Positions 21,808 to 36,251 of a stretch of DNA of 64,000 nucleotides are shown here, piece after piece. The notes below the pieces were generated by a model. It did not search any database and had not been told where the DNA came from. It saw nothing but the letters and a program-made list of their open reading frames with translations. Source of the stretch: Candidatus Sumerlaeaceae bacterium (GTDB taxonomy: Bacteria; Sumerlaeota; Sumerlaeia; Sumerlaeales; Sumerlaeaceae); NCBI GenBank assembly GCA_049968255.1, contig JBMFRB010000008.1, forward strand, positions 1-64,000, given 5' to 3'. Position numbers and translations under genes: made by a program. Every line of letters begins with the position of its first letter. The first letter of the stretch is position 1.

Positions 21808-23742
21808 ATGCTGCGAAGGGAAAAACACGTCACCTGTCGTTCCGTTGGGTCGCCCGTGAACATAGTCGCCGTCCATTCTGCAAAATTCTCGAGCGCTCGG
21901 CACCCACAATACCTTTATGTCGTGCAACGCGGTCTCCCCGCAGTGCTCAGCGTGATTAAGCTGCCCACGAAGAATATCGTGGCTCAACATCAGCTTGTTG
22001 AGGCGGAAGGCGCCGAGAACATCTTACTTGCCGCAACAAAACAGCTCTATATTCCCACTCATCCGCACGGAAAACTTTATCGCTTTAGCTCAGCCGACAA
22101 TCGCCTTGAAGAAATTCCCACTCCGTTGACGTCGCCAGCGTTCTTGTGGGACGCCACCGAAGCCGATGACGGCACAATCTACGTTGGTTGCTGGCCTCAA
22201 TCGCGGCTACTGGTCTACGGGCCCACGGGCAAGCTAGTGGATCTTGGCAGCGCTGCTGCGCCTGAGGATTACATCCGCGCGCTGCGCTACTCTCCTTTCA
22301 CGCGCCGACTCTATCTGGGTATCGGAGCACACGCTGCTTTGCTCGAATACGAGCCCGCAACGCGCACCAAGCGGAACCTCCTTCCTGCCGAATTGCAGAC
22401 GGAGCACTTCGTGCTTCGCCTTGCCCTGCACGACCGCTGGTTGTTCGCCCGCACAACCCCCCGCGAAAAAACGGTCGTGTTTGATCTGGCAAACGACGGA
22501 ACACTTGTCGCCGAATTCGACCCACTCGACTGCACAGACGTTGTTGCGCTTGCTTCCCAACCCGACATACTTCTGCTGGGCGCCAAGGGGCACCTCGTGG
22601 CATACAACACCGCCGAACGCAAAGCCCATGTGTCAGAGGCACCGTTGGCTCAAATCATACGCGCCATTGCTCTAGAAGAATCCCCCAGCTCATCCGAAGT
22701 TGCTCTCGCCGTGTGTTCCACGGGCACGCTGCACCGCGTCACACAGAGTGGGCAACAGCTGGAGACCTTTGCGCTCGACTTGCCTCCTCAACCCATCGTG
22801 CTGCATAACGTGGCCGCGGGACCCGATGCACGTATTTACACGAACGGCTACGTGACCGGCGGCGTGGGCGTGTTTGACCCTGCCACCGGCGAAACGCGTT
22901 TTTTCGGCAACGTGAATCAAGCCGAAAGCATCACCCACGACGGCCACTGCATCTACTTCGGCACTTATCCACACGCACGGATTGTGCGCTATGATCCCCA
23001 CGCGCCGCCCTCTGCCAACAACCCGCGCGAGATTCTCTGCCTCGCTCCCTGGAATCAGGATAGACCCTACGCCATGTGGGCAGATCCTCAGCGACGCAAA
23101 CTTTTTATCGGCTGCGTGCCAGCTTACGGATGCCTTGGCGGCACGCTTGCCGTGTACGATCTCGACACTGAGCACGCGCGCGTATACAGCGATCTGATTC
23201 CTCAGCAGAGCATTGTAGCTCTCGCCAGCGACGGGCAGTTGCTTTACGGCGCGACAAGTACGAGCGGCGGGCTCGGCGTCCAGCCGCGGGCCACCAGCGC
23301 TGAACTTTTTGCGTTTCACCCCGACATGGAGACTTTGCTCTATAGAGTCATGCCCATCAATAACGTGCGCGGCATCACAGGCCTTGTGTGCGACTCACGG
23401 GGTATTCTCTACGGATGGGCTGAAGGAACACTCTTTGCATTCGATCCTCAGGAGCGCCGCCTTCTGTGGCGCGAGCTTGTCTTCGAACACACATACCCGG
23501 CCGATCACTATTGGCGCGGAATTGTCATGCGTTACTCACTCACGGAAAAGGACGTCTTCTACGGCGCCGCTTGGGGTATCATCTTTCAATTCGACGCGCG
23601 CCGCGAAACGTTTACGATCCTTGCGAGAATTGTTGGCGCAGAGGTTGTCGCTGCCGGCCACGACGGAAATCTCTATGCCATTGCAGGTAGCGAGCTTTTC
23701 CAGGTGCTCACTGCAAACTCACCGCAAGACACCGTCGTGTGA
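21808..23742 (+). CDS. beta-propeller repeat protein (PQQ/WD40-like), function unknown
   Basis: Repeated DG.iY.G..P....l..ydP blades across ~640 aa; start uncertain. Confidence 0.7.
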   Translation: MLRREKHVTCRSVGSPVNIVAVHSAKFSSARHPQYLYVVQRGLPAVLSVIKLPTKNIVAQHQLVEAEGAENILLAATKQLYIPTHPHGKLYRFSSADNRLEEIPTPLTSPAFLWDATEADDGTIYVGCWPQSRLLVYGPTGKLVDLGSAAAPEDYIRALRYSPFTRRLYLGIGAHAALLEYEPATRTKRNLLPAELQTEHFVLRLALHDRWLFARTTPREKTVVFDLANDGTLVAEFDPLDCTDVVALASQPDILLLGAKGHLVAYNTAERKAHVSEAPLAQIIRAIALEESPSSSEVALAVCSTGTLHRVTQSGQQLETFALDLPPQPIVLHNVAAGPDARIYTNGYVTGGVGVFDPATGETRFFGNVNQAESITHDGHCIYFGTYPHARIVRYDPHAPPSANNPREILCLAPWNQDRPYAMWADPQRRKLFIGCVPAYGCLGGTLAVYDLDTEHARVYSDLIPQQSIVALASDGQLLYGATSTSGGLGVQPRATSAELFAFHPDMETLLYRVMPINNVRGITGLVCDSRGILYGWAEGTLFAFDPQERRLLWRELVFEHTYPADHYWRGIVMRYSLTEKDVFYGAAWGIIFQFDARRETFTILARIVGAEVVAAGHDGNLYAIAGSELFQVLTANSPQDTVV

Positions 23743-23940
23743 ACGATACGTGACTGCTTGCTCGCAAAGGCAACGTGCAGTGTTACTCTAACAATTGTTT
23801 CAATTCGAATTTTATTAATATGAAACTATGTTAGCGGATACCGTGTTTTTTGCTATGTGTCCTCATTGCAAAACCCAGACAGGCACACAGGGAAAGAAAA
23901 CACGCCTTTGCCTGTCGCTCATGAGGCGCGCCAGCAGCGT

Positions 23941-24369
23941 TTAGGGATTACGAATGTAATCTTCCAAGGGCTGAATTGTCTTCTCGTGCTCGCGAACTTC
24001 CTGCGCGAGAATGTCGCCCGTTGTGACGACGCCAACGAGCTTACCGCTCTCCACAACAGGCAAGTGGCGGATCCGCCGCTCAGTGAAAATGCGCCGACAT
24101 TCTTCCAACGATGTCTCGGCTGGGCACGTGAGAACTTCCTTTGTCATGACCTCTCCCACCGTTGTACGCGCGGGATCGAGTCCCGCAGCCACGACACGTA
24201 TCAGCACATCACGCTCCGTGAAAATGCCAACGAGTTTGTCGTTTTCCACGACGACCAACGCCACAATGCGCCGCTCGTTCATCATTTGCGTGGCGGCTTT
24301 CACACTCGTTGATGGCGATGCCGTCGCGACAGCGTGCCCTTTGATCTCAAGCAACTCACGGACTTTCAT
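23941..24369 (-). CDS. CBS-pair domain protein
   Basis: LVGIFTERD, RIRHLPVV..GKLVGVVTTGD; GAGGAG before ATG 24369. Confidence 0.9.
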   Translation of the reverse strand: MKVRELLEIKGHAVATASPSTSVKAATQMMNERRIVALVVVENDKLVGIFTERDVLIRVVAAGLDPARTTVGEVMTKEVLTCPAETSLEECRRIFTERRIRHLPVVESGKLVGVVTTGDILAQEVREHEKTIQPLEDYIRNP

Positions 24370-24508
24370 GTTGCACTCCTCTTGCTGCCTGAACTCGGAA
24401 AAACCGAAGGTCTCTGGACTATGTGACGCCGAGTCACCTTCGCACCGTATCCAGAAATTTAGCTCGGCAGAGTTTGAGCACAAGCAAAATAAGGACGAAC
24501 GGTGTCCG

Positions 24509-25150
24509 CTATTCCCCTGGAGGCTCGGTCTGTGGCACTGATGACTGACCTTGCCCCTGTATGGCGATTCCATCCATCGGCTCTGAATTCATCCTGCACT
24601 CCCCGTCGAGGCCAAGTGTCCCGGCCAGCAGTTCATCCACCTCGCGTTTGAGCGCAACAAGTTCCTCGTCGCTCAGCTCCACGCTCTCAACCTTGACCTC
24701 TTCGTCGTTAATCACGTGGCGATAAAAAATGGTTTCTTTTTGCGATTCTGTGTCGTGTTCTGTGCGTAGCCAGCGCAGCACACCGTAGCGCATGAGCAAG
24801 TGCGCCAAGAAGTACAGGCGCGCCGCGTGGATGGGGCCCCCCTCACGATAGAAATAATCGAAGTATGCCGCCAACCGGGCGTTGCGCTCGCGGCGATTCT
24901 GGACGCGACGCGGCTTTGGCGCCTCGCGCTTCGTGATCCAGAAACCAAGATAATCTTTCGCTGTATGCTCTTGCCAGCAGCTTGGGCAATAATCTCGGCG
25001 CTGCGGGATGTCCGTCTCGCCCTCATCGGCGTCAGTCGCCTCCACTGGCAGCAGAACCGACGGGTGCTTTCCCCCTTCAGCTAGCGCCGCCCCACAGAGC
25101 ACACACTGCTGCTGAGGCTTCGTGATTCTTAGAAAAATTTCGCGATCCAT
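24509..25150 (-). CDS. hypothetical protein with CxxC / R.D.CxxCW putative zinc site
   Basis: CVLC and RRDYCPSCW, acidic C-terminus; AAGGAG upstream of ATG. Confidence 0.7.
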   Translation of the reverse strand: MDREIFLRITKPQQQCVLCGAALAEGGKHPSVLLPVEATDADEGETDIPQRRDYCPSCWQEHTAKDYLGFWITKREAPKPRRVQNRRERNARLAAYFDYFYREGGPIHAARLYFLAHLLMRYGVLRWLRTEHDTESQKETIFYRHVINDEEVKVESVELSDEELVALKREVDELLAGTLGLDGECRMNSEPMDGIAIQGQGQSSVPQTEPPGE

Positions 25151-25463
25151 CGCTCTCCTTCTTAGCCTCGGAGTTTTTAGTAAAGCGATTCAAGAATGAA
25201 AACAGTTCCTGACGGCCTACCCCGGCGTCACTTGGCCGCCAAAGCACCAGGCCATCGTGTTCCGAATCCTGACGCTCCAGGACTCGTTGTGTCTTTTGTG
25301 ACCAGTGTAGCAAATGATCCCATGGTCTTTTTTGCGCCACATCCTCTCGTTGACCCAAGGCGGAAAAGCTAGCCCCTTTGCCTGTCCATCACCTCCTCAA
25401 TTCCCCCCAAGCCGGGGCGGCGGAAAAAATCCACTCCGCGCGATGTTTTTCACTATTTTTTTT

Positions 25464-25490
25464 TTGACACGGCACAAAATATGGTAGTTT
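25464..25490 (+). promoter_or_regulatory. candidate promoter for the structured RNA
   Basis: T-rich tract, TTGACA (25464-25469) and extended -10 TG-G-TAGTTT (25482-25490); 15-nt spacer is atypical. Confidence 0.4.
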
Positions 25491-25508
25491 TCTCTTGAAT
25501 AAGGTTTC

Positions 25509-25686
25509 AGATCTTGCGTCTATAAGAAAAATAGACGTCGAATAATGTTCGTTGACAAGTTTTGGCACCCGGGGCGGTAAACCCACCTGCGACGCCCCCG
25601 TGAGGGCGGGTGTCGCCGTGTGGCTTCTTTTGACCCATAGAAGGGCTTGTCATTACCGCCCTTTTTTATTGTCCGCAAGAAAGTCT
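25509..25686 (+). ncRNA. candidate structured non-coding RNA (6S RNA-like rod with central bubble)
   Basis: Nested pairings TCTTGCG/CGCAAGA, ATAAGAAA/TTTTTTAT, TGACAAGTT/GGCTTGTCA, GCGACGCCC/GGGTGTCGC capped by CC-GTGA-GG; G:U pairs work on the + strand; lies in an 860-nt gap with no credible CDS. Confidence 0.5.
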
Positions 25687-26014
25687 CTCGTGTCCTTTTG
25701 GCCCAATCGTCGCATTCTTGATCTTCGCAGCTTTTCGAGAAAGTTGGCCGACGAACCGGCCGCACAAATCCCCCAAAACGGGAAATGATTTCGCGTGGCT
25801 GGCGCCAAAAAGCTTGTCTGCCCCATGATCGATCCTCGTGGAGACCTCTTACGCTGGACTGCTCGTTTAAACCGCCACAAAAAACCGCTGAAGGGCAGGC
25901 CAATCTGGTCCCTTTCTTTCTCTCTTTCTTTCGCGAAAACAGCACACACAAATTCACGATTGCATTTGCACCCTAAGTCTGCCACCCCGTGGCTTTCCAA
26001 ATAGGGGCACGAAA

Positions 26015-27100
26015 ATGCTCGATCTCTTATATCTTGCGATTGCAGCGGAAGCCTGCTTGCTGGCACTTGTCGCCGTGCCGATAGCGCGACGCTTCGGTCT
26101 TCGTTGGGGATTCGTCGATCATCCTGGCGAACGAAAAATCCATCAGCAACCCATCGCGCGCTGTGGCGGCCTCGGCATCTACATCGCTTTTGCGTTGTGC
26201 CTTGTTCTCGATCTCGCGGCGCTGCGTTTGCCTGCTGTGCGCTCACTTATCCCCTCACAACTCTGGCCCTTTGTTCCCAACATCTCCTTCCTTTCCGAGA
26301 AGCTGTGGGCTCTTTTTGCCGGCGCGACACTGATGATGATCACAGGACTTGCTGATGACCGCTACAATCTTCGGCCGGGTCTGAAGCTTGTGCTGCAGAT
26401 CTGCGCCGCCCTCCTGCTCGTGGCCGCAGGGGTCACGGTGAAAGCCTTTCTCCCCTATCCCTGGCTTGGTGCGCTGCTCACCGTGTTTTGGGTCGTGCTG
26501 CTGACAAATGCGTTCAACTTCCTGGACAACATGAATGGCCTGAGCGCCGGAGTTGCCGCCATCGCTCTTTTCAATTTTTATCTCATCTCGCGCGCCGGCC
26601 AGCAGTATTTCATGATGGCAATCTGCGCCGCGCTTTTCGGAGCGCTGCTCGGCTTCCTTCGTTATAACTTTCCGCGCGCACACCTTTTCATGGGCGACAG
26701 CGGATCGCTTTTCATCGGCTTTCTCATCGCAGGCATCAGCACGATGGTCACCTATTATCACGCCGGCGTCCCTACGCAGTTGCCAGTGGTCGCGCCTATC
26801 CTCGTGCTCGGCGTACCGCTCTTCGACACGCTCAGTGTGTTGTATCTGCGCTGGCGCAATGGCGCCCCTTTGATGCGCGGCGATCGCAACCACTTCAGCC
26901 ATCGCCTCGTTGCCCTCGGATTCACTCCCACTCAAGCTGTGTCGCTCATCTATCTTCTCGCGCTGTGCGTCGGACTGGCTGCTGTCAACCTTCGCTGGCT
27001 GCCTTGGATGGGGGCGATTTTAGCTCTTGTCCAGTGCGTGGCGTTTTTCCTAATCATCTACCTTCTTGAGCGTACTGCACAAAAGAACATTCGTAGGTGA
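26015..27100 (+). CDS. WecA/TagO-type undecaprenyl-phosphate GlcNAc-1-phosphate transferase (MraY-like)
   Basis: DHPGERKIH, GLADD, NAFNFLDNMNGL, FMGDSGS, DRNHFSHRL; polytopic membrane protein. Confidence 0.9.
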   Translation: MLDLLYLAIAAEACLLALVAVPIARRFGLRWGFVDHPGERKIHQQPIARCGGLGIYIAFALCLVLDLAALRLPAVRSLIPSQLWPFVPNISFLSEKLWALFAGATLMMITGLADDRYNLRPGLKLVLQICAALLLVAAGVTVKAFLPYPWLGALLTVFWVVLLTNAFNFLDNMNGLSAGVAAIALFNFYLISRAGQQYFMMAICAALFGALLGFLRYNFPRAHLFMGDSGSLFIGFLIAGISTMVTYYHAGVPTQLPVVAPILVLGVPLFDTLSVLYLRWRNGAPLMRGDRNHFSHRLVALGFTPTQAVSLIYLLALCVGLAAVNLRWLPWMGAILALVQCVAFFLIIYLLERTAQKNIRR

Positions 27101-27546
27101 CGAAGATGGAAGATGCACCAGCAACAGCACCGCCACTCGACCACGGGCTTGAACAAAAGCTACTGCGCCTGGCGCTTGAGGTGCGTGTGCGCGCCTATGC
27201 GCCGTATTCATGTTTCCACGTCGGCGCAGCCGTCTTGGCCGAATCGGGAGAGATCTACATAGGATGCAACGTCGAAAATGCTAGCTACGGCCTTAGCTTA
27301 TGCGCTGAGCGCAACGCCCTTGCTGCAGCGATTGCAGCCGGCGAGCGCAAATTCGTGGCCATGGCTGTGGTAGGCGGCACCGAGCAACCAGCCACACCTT
27401 GCGGCGCATGCCGTCAGGTCATGGTAGAGTTCGCGCCCAACATGACGGTGCTCCTCGCCACGCCCACAAATCTCGAACAACCTGAACGCACCACTGCGCA
27501 GGAGCTCCTTCCACGCTACTTCACGTTTGGGGGCGACGAAGAATGA
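27097..27546 (+). CDS. cdd: cytidine deaminase (homotetrameric type)
   Basis: AYAPYS, NVENASYG, CAER, PCGACRQ. Confidence 0.93.
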   Translation: MTKMEDAPATAPPLDHGLEQKLLRLALEVRVRAYAPYSCFHVGAAVLAESGEIYIGCNVENASYGLSLCAERNALAAAIAAGERKFVAMAVVGGTEQPATPCGACRQVMVEFAPNMTVLLATPTNLEQPERTTAQELLPRYFTFGGDEE

Positions 27547-28454
27547 AGGACATGCTCGCCATCGCCCCCGAAGTCAACCACGCGCTGACACACAACGTTC
27601 CTGTTGTTGCTTTTGAGACCACAATTCTTTCGTTCGGTCTGCCTGAGCCCATAAATCGCGAAGTCGGCCAACTGTGCGAGAATGTCGCGCGCGAAGCTGG
27701 CTGTGTTCCAGCAACGGTCGCTATCCTCGACGGCCGCGTGAAAATTGGCCTCACAAGCGACGAGCTCCTTTTCTTCTGCACACGGGCCCCTCACATCGTG
27801 AAAGTGAATCTGCAGAATTTTGCTGCCGTGCTCGCACGCAAGCAGCCGGGGGCGCTCACCGTCGCAGCAAGCTTGAAAGCTTGTGCGCTGGCCGGAGTGC
27901 GCGTATTTGCCACCGGAGGAATTGGAGGAGTGCACCGGGGCTACGCGCAGACGCTCGACATCTCGTCCGATCTTCGCGCCCTTGCCGAGTATCCCGTCGT
28001 GGTCGTAAGCGCTGGAGCAAAATCCATCCTCGATATTGGCGCCACGCTCGAAGTTCTCGAAACGCTCGGCGTGCCAGTGATCGGCTATCGCACATCTCAC
28101 TTTCCGCTCTTCTTCACCGCAGGAAGTGCCTACCGGCTCGACACCGTCTGCGAGTCACCGGCCGAGGTGGCCGATTTGGCGCACACGCACTTCGCGTGCG
28201 GCGGTAAAGGCATGCTTGTCGTCACGCCCGTCCCATCCCCGTCTTCCATCCCACCGAGCGACCTCGAGCACTGGATCACACAGGCACTGGCGGACGCTGC
28301 CGCAAATTCCGTAACAGGAAAAGCCGTGACGCCCTACCTGCTTGAACGCCTGGAAATGCTTAGCCAGGGACGCACCCTGGCCGCGAATCGCGCACTTATC
28401 GAAAATAACGCGCGGTTGGCTGCAGCCGTCGCCCAAGCGCTTGCAAACCCATGA
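27543..28454 (+). CDS. psuG: pseudouridine-5'-phosphate glycosidase
   Basis: VVAFETTI, FATGGIGGVHRG, DISSDL, GAKSILD, GKAVTPYLL, N..L..NNA. Confidence 0.9.
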   Translation: MKDMLAIAPEVNHALTHNVPVVAFETTILSFGLPEPINREVGQLCENVAREAGCVPATVAILDGRVKIGLTSDELLFFCTRAPHIVKVNLQNFAAVLARKQPGALTVAASLKACALAGVRVFATGGIGGVHRGYAQTLDISSDLRALAEYPVVVVSAGAKSILDIGATLEVLETLGVPVIGYRTSHFPLFFTAGSAYRLDTVCESPAEVADLAHTHFACGGKGMLVVTPVPSPSSIPPSDLEHWITQALADAAANSVTGKAVTPYLLERLEMLSQGRTLAANRALIENNARLAAAVAQALANP

Positions 28455-28529
28455 CAACAACCACGACAAAATCGCACCGGCCGCATCCCGGTAAGTGGAC
28501 CATAAAATCATACGAGCGAGGTAACCGCG

Positions 28530-29411
28530 TTGCGCTTGAGAGAAATCTACCAGCAGAAAAAAACCGCGATCTCGATCGAGTTTTTCCCGCCGAAAACCGA
28601 AGTCGGTGACCTGGCACTTGCTTCGCGCATCGAGGATTTCCGCGCGTTTGAGCCTGCATTCTGCTCCATCACCTATGGTGCCGGCGGCTCGACGCGCGAA
28701 CGCACGCTTCTCTGGGCTCGTCGGCTGAAACATGAGTTCGGCTTGGAAACAATGTGCCACCTGACCTGCGTCGGGCATTCGCGCGATGAGCTGCGCCGCA
28801 TCCTCGAACAACTGCGCGACGACGGTATCGAAAACATTATGGCCTTGCGGGGCGATCCCCCAAAGGGACAAAGCAATTGGCAGCCGCATCCCGATGGCTT
28901 CGCCCACGCCATTGAGCTCGTGCGGCTCGCCCGCAGCATCGCCGATTTCGGCATTGGCGTGGCTGGATTCCCCGAAGTGCACCCAGAAGCCACAAGCCCT
29001 GAGGATGATCTCCTCCATCTGAAAGAGAAGGTGGACGCCGGCGCCGACGCTGTGATTACTCAGCTTTTCTTCGACAATGCCGACTATTGGCGGTTCGTCG
29101 AGCGTGCTCGTCGCATTGGCATCACAGTTCCCATTGTCCCCGGCATCATGCCATTCCGCAGCGTCGCACAACTCGAGAAATTCACGACCGTTTACGCGCG
29201 TACCTACTATGGCGCCGCACGTGTGCCAAGTTCTCTTAAGCGCCGCCTTGCCGAAGTCGAGAACGACTCCGACGCGGCTGCACGCCTTGGCATCGCATAC
29301 GCCACGCAACAGTGCCGGGAACTTCTCGACGGCGGCGTGCCCGGAATCCACTTCTACTGCCTGAACGAATCCGACGCCGTAGGAGAGATTCTGCGCAATC
29401 TGCAAACCTAA
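28530..29411 (+). CDS. metF: 5,10-methylenetetrahydrofolate reductase
   Basis: SIEFFPPKT, TYGAGGS, HLTC, ALRGDPP, ITQLFFD, GIHFY; TTG start after GAGGT. Confidence 0.95.
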   Translation: MRLREIYQQKKTAISIEFFPPKTEVGDLALASRIEDFRAFEPAFCSITYGAGGSTRERTLLWARRLKHEFGLETMCHLTCVGHSRDELRRILEQLRDDGIENIMALRGDPPKGQSNWQPHPDGFAHAIELVRLARSIADFGIGVAGFPEVHPEATSPEDDLLHLKEKVDAGADAVITQLFFDNADYWRFVERARRIGITVPIVPGIMPFRSVAQLEKFTTVYARTYYGAARVPSSLKRRLAEVENDSDAAARLGIAYATQQCRELLDGGVPGIHFYCLNESDAVGEILRNLQT

Positions 29412-29497
29412 GGCCGCCCATAGCACGCCAGCGCTCTTGCTAGGCTTGCCGAGCCACAAGACCCCGCGTCGGCCACCACAGGAAAGCCTCCCTGGCT

Positions 29498-30922
29498 CTA
29501 GCCAAGCTGGGACCGCACAAACACAAAATAGCTCAGCAGTAAACCGCTGAGGAGCCACATGAGCCAACGCACTTCACGCACACGTCCACTGAGTGCCTTA
29601 ATAACAGGATAACTTATAAATCCTATGGCTAGCCCGTCGGAAATCGAATAGCTGAGCGGAATACCAAGAATGATGAGAAATGCGGGAATCGCTTCCGTGG
29701 CATCGTCCCACTCAATGCGCAGCACGTTGCGCATCATCATGACCCCCACAAGCACAAGCGCACTTGCTGTAATGGGCGGATAGCTGGCCACCATTTGAAT
29801 GATCGGCGAAAAGAACGGCGCCACAAGAAAGAGCAGACCCGCCGTCACCGCCGTGAGCCCCGTTCGCCCCCCATATGCGATACCAGCACCGCTTTCGATG
29901 TAGGCCGTGACCGTGCTCGTGCCGAGCACTGCCCCCACAAGCGAGCTGGCCGCATCCGTGGCAAACGCGCGTTGCGCACGCACAAGCTTGCCCTCGCGCA
30001 ATAACCCTGCCATTTCGCCCACGCCAATCAATGTCCCCATGGTGTCGAACACCGCCATGTAAAGGAAAATGAGCACAAACGGTAGCAACTTTGGCTGAAG
30101 AGCCGCGGCCACATCAAGCTTCAGAAACGTCGGAGCCAACGAAGGCGGTGTAGAAACGATTCCATGCGCAAACTTAAATTGCTTCACCAGCATTGAGTTC
30201 TGCACAAGCGCCGATTGCCACATTTGCGATGCGAAGCGCGGCAGCCCCAGACGCAACGCGATGGCCAGCATTGTTGCCACCGCCATCCCTACGAGCAAGC
30301 CCCCTCGCACACCGCGCGCCACACAGGCACTCGCCACAAGCAACCCTACAAAAAACACAATGAGGTCTGGCGACTCAAAAGCATGGTTCAGCTTCACGGC
30401 TGAGCCAGGATCTTTCAAAATCACGCCAGCGTTCTGCAACCCGATGAAGGCAATGAATAAGCCAATGCCCACACTAATGGCGTGCTTCGTGCTATCGCTC
30501 ACGGATTGGAAGAGCCCCTCGCGCACCCCACCAAGCGAAAACAGGAAAAAGATCACCCCGGAAAGAAACACCATCCCCAGCGCCACCCGCCACGGCTCGC
30601 TGTAGCCCGCCGCTGCAGCCGCCGGAATTGCCGAAAACACGAAAAAGAAATTCTCACCCATTCCCGGCGCAAGCGCAATAGGATAGCGCGCATAAAGCCC
30701 CATGAGGCACGAAAAGAACGCGGCACTCAGGCATGTCGCCACCATCACCGCGCCAAAGTCCATGCCCGTGCGCATGTGCTCGCCGAACAGAACCCCTGAG
30801 AGAACCGCCGGTTGGACAAAAATGATATAGGCCATCGTGAGGAAGGTCACCACACCAGCGGCGATTTCACGTCGCACAGTGGTGCCATGTTCTTGCAGGG
30901 CAAACATGCGCTCAAGTCTCAT
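29498..30922 (-). CDS. NCS2/AzgA-family purine permease
   Basis: TFLTMAYII, APGMG, FDTMGT, TAYIESGAG...GGRTGLT; start moved to MRLERMF (ATG 30922). Confidence 0.92.
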   Translation of the reverse strand: MRLERMFALQEHGTTVRREIAAGVVTFLTMAYIIFVQPAVLSGVLFGEHMRTGMDFGAVMVATCLSAAFFSCLMGLYARYPIALAPGMGENFFFVFSAIPAAAAAGYSEPWRVALGMVFLSGVIFFLFSLGGVREGLFQSVSDSTKHAISVGIGLFIAFIGLQNAGVILKDPGSAVKLNHAFESPDLIVFFVGLLVASACVARGVRGGLLVGMAVATMLAIALRLGLPRFASQMWQSALVQNSMLVKQFKFAHGIVSTPPSLAPTFLKLDVAAALQPKLLPFVLIFLYMAVFDTMGTLIGVGEMAGLLREGKLVRAQRAFATDAASSLVGAVLGTSTVTAYIESGAGIAYGGRTGLTAVTAGLLFLVAPFFSPIIQMVASYPPITASALVLVGVMMMRNVLRIEWDDATEAIPAFLIILGIPLSYSISDGLAIGFISYPVIKALSGRVREVRWLMWLLSGLLLSYFVFVRSQLG

Positions 30923-30989
30923 GGTCCTTGCTCCCTCAGCGCACGATCCGACAGACCTTGTGCATTTGTCATCATCACAAAGCCAAACG

Positions 30990-35622
<4,633 letters not shown>

Positions 35623-35692
35623 GCAAAGCTATGATACACCGCAGCCCAACTTTTTCGCGAATAAGCCTAAAGGGGCGAAAGCCAACTCGGGC

Positions 35693-36091
35693 CTATCCTT
35701 CCACAGCTTTTTTGCGCGCATCGCGTAGCTCTTTCTCCAGAAGTCGCCGCTGATCCTGAAGCTCCTTGACTCGGCGCGAAGCCTCCAGGTACTCCGGCGG
35801 GGTTTTGGGATTGCGACTAAAGAGCCATAGCACAGTTCGCAAAAGCGCTAGCGCGGCTACAGCAACCGCCGCGTAGAGGACATACTTCGCGTAATCTCCA
35901 TAGTGTTGTCCCACCACCGGAATGAGGTCTCCGAACAAATAATACCCACCTAGCAGTAGCGCAATGATCCACGTACCCAGGGGAAACGGTTTGGGCGGTT
36001 TGAGTGGCGGAAGACGTTTCTCTATGAGGATCTGATTAATCTGCTTGTCGAGCTCTGCAATTCTTTGCTGAAGTTCTTCGATCTCGCCCAT
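35693..36091 (-). CDS. hypothetical membrane protein (two TM helices between coiled coils)
   Basis: GAGGAG before ATG 36091; MGEIEELQQRI..., two hydrophobic segments, charged tail. Confidence 0.7.
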   Translation of the reverse strand: MGEIEELQQRIAELDKQINQILIEKRLPPLKPPKPFPLGTWIIALLLGGYYLFGDLIPVVGQHYGDYAKYVLYAAVAVAALALLRTVLWLFSRNPKTPPEYLEASRRVKELQDQRRLLEKELRDARKKAVEG

Positions 36092-36251
36092 GGGTATCGT
36101 CTCCTCAAAACTCTGCCGATCTCTTTCTCTGCTATTATTAGAACTGTTGCTAAGTTGTTTCCACAAAAAAGCTAACTTTTTGCCCTTGCTGGACCAGCAG
36201 CCCGTCGAGCATTGTCCATGCATGAACCCGACTTCTGAGGGAAGCTCTCCC

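Noticed and set aside
25388-25397. ATCACCTCCT, matching the 16S rRNA anti-Shine-Dalgarno tail, and a nearby 31-aa minus-strand ORF ending ALAAK
   Set aside because: No other rRNA or tmRNA features; the ATG overlapping the minus-strand SD gives only a 6-codon ORF
25570-25582. ops/JUMPstart-like GGGGCGGTAA upstream of the wecA-like gene; SAM riboswitch also considered because metF is downstream
   Set aside because: Lacks the GGCGGTAG consensus and the SAM-I/IV core (GCAAC); better explained as part of the structured RNA
35695-36170. Two DnaA-box-like TTCCACA words near the divergent promoter region
   Set aside because: Imperfect, only two, one inside a CDS; no box cluster or unwinding element to support oriC
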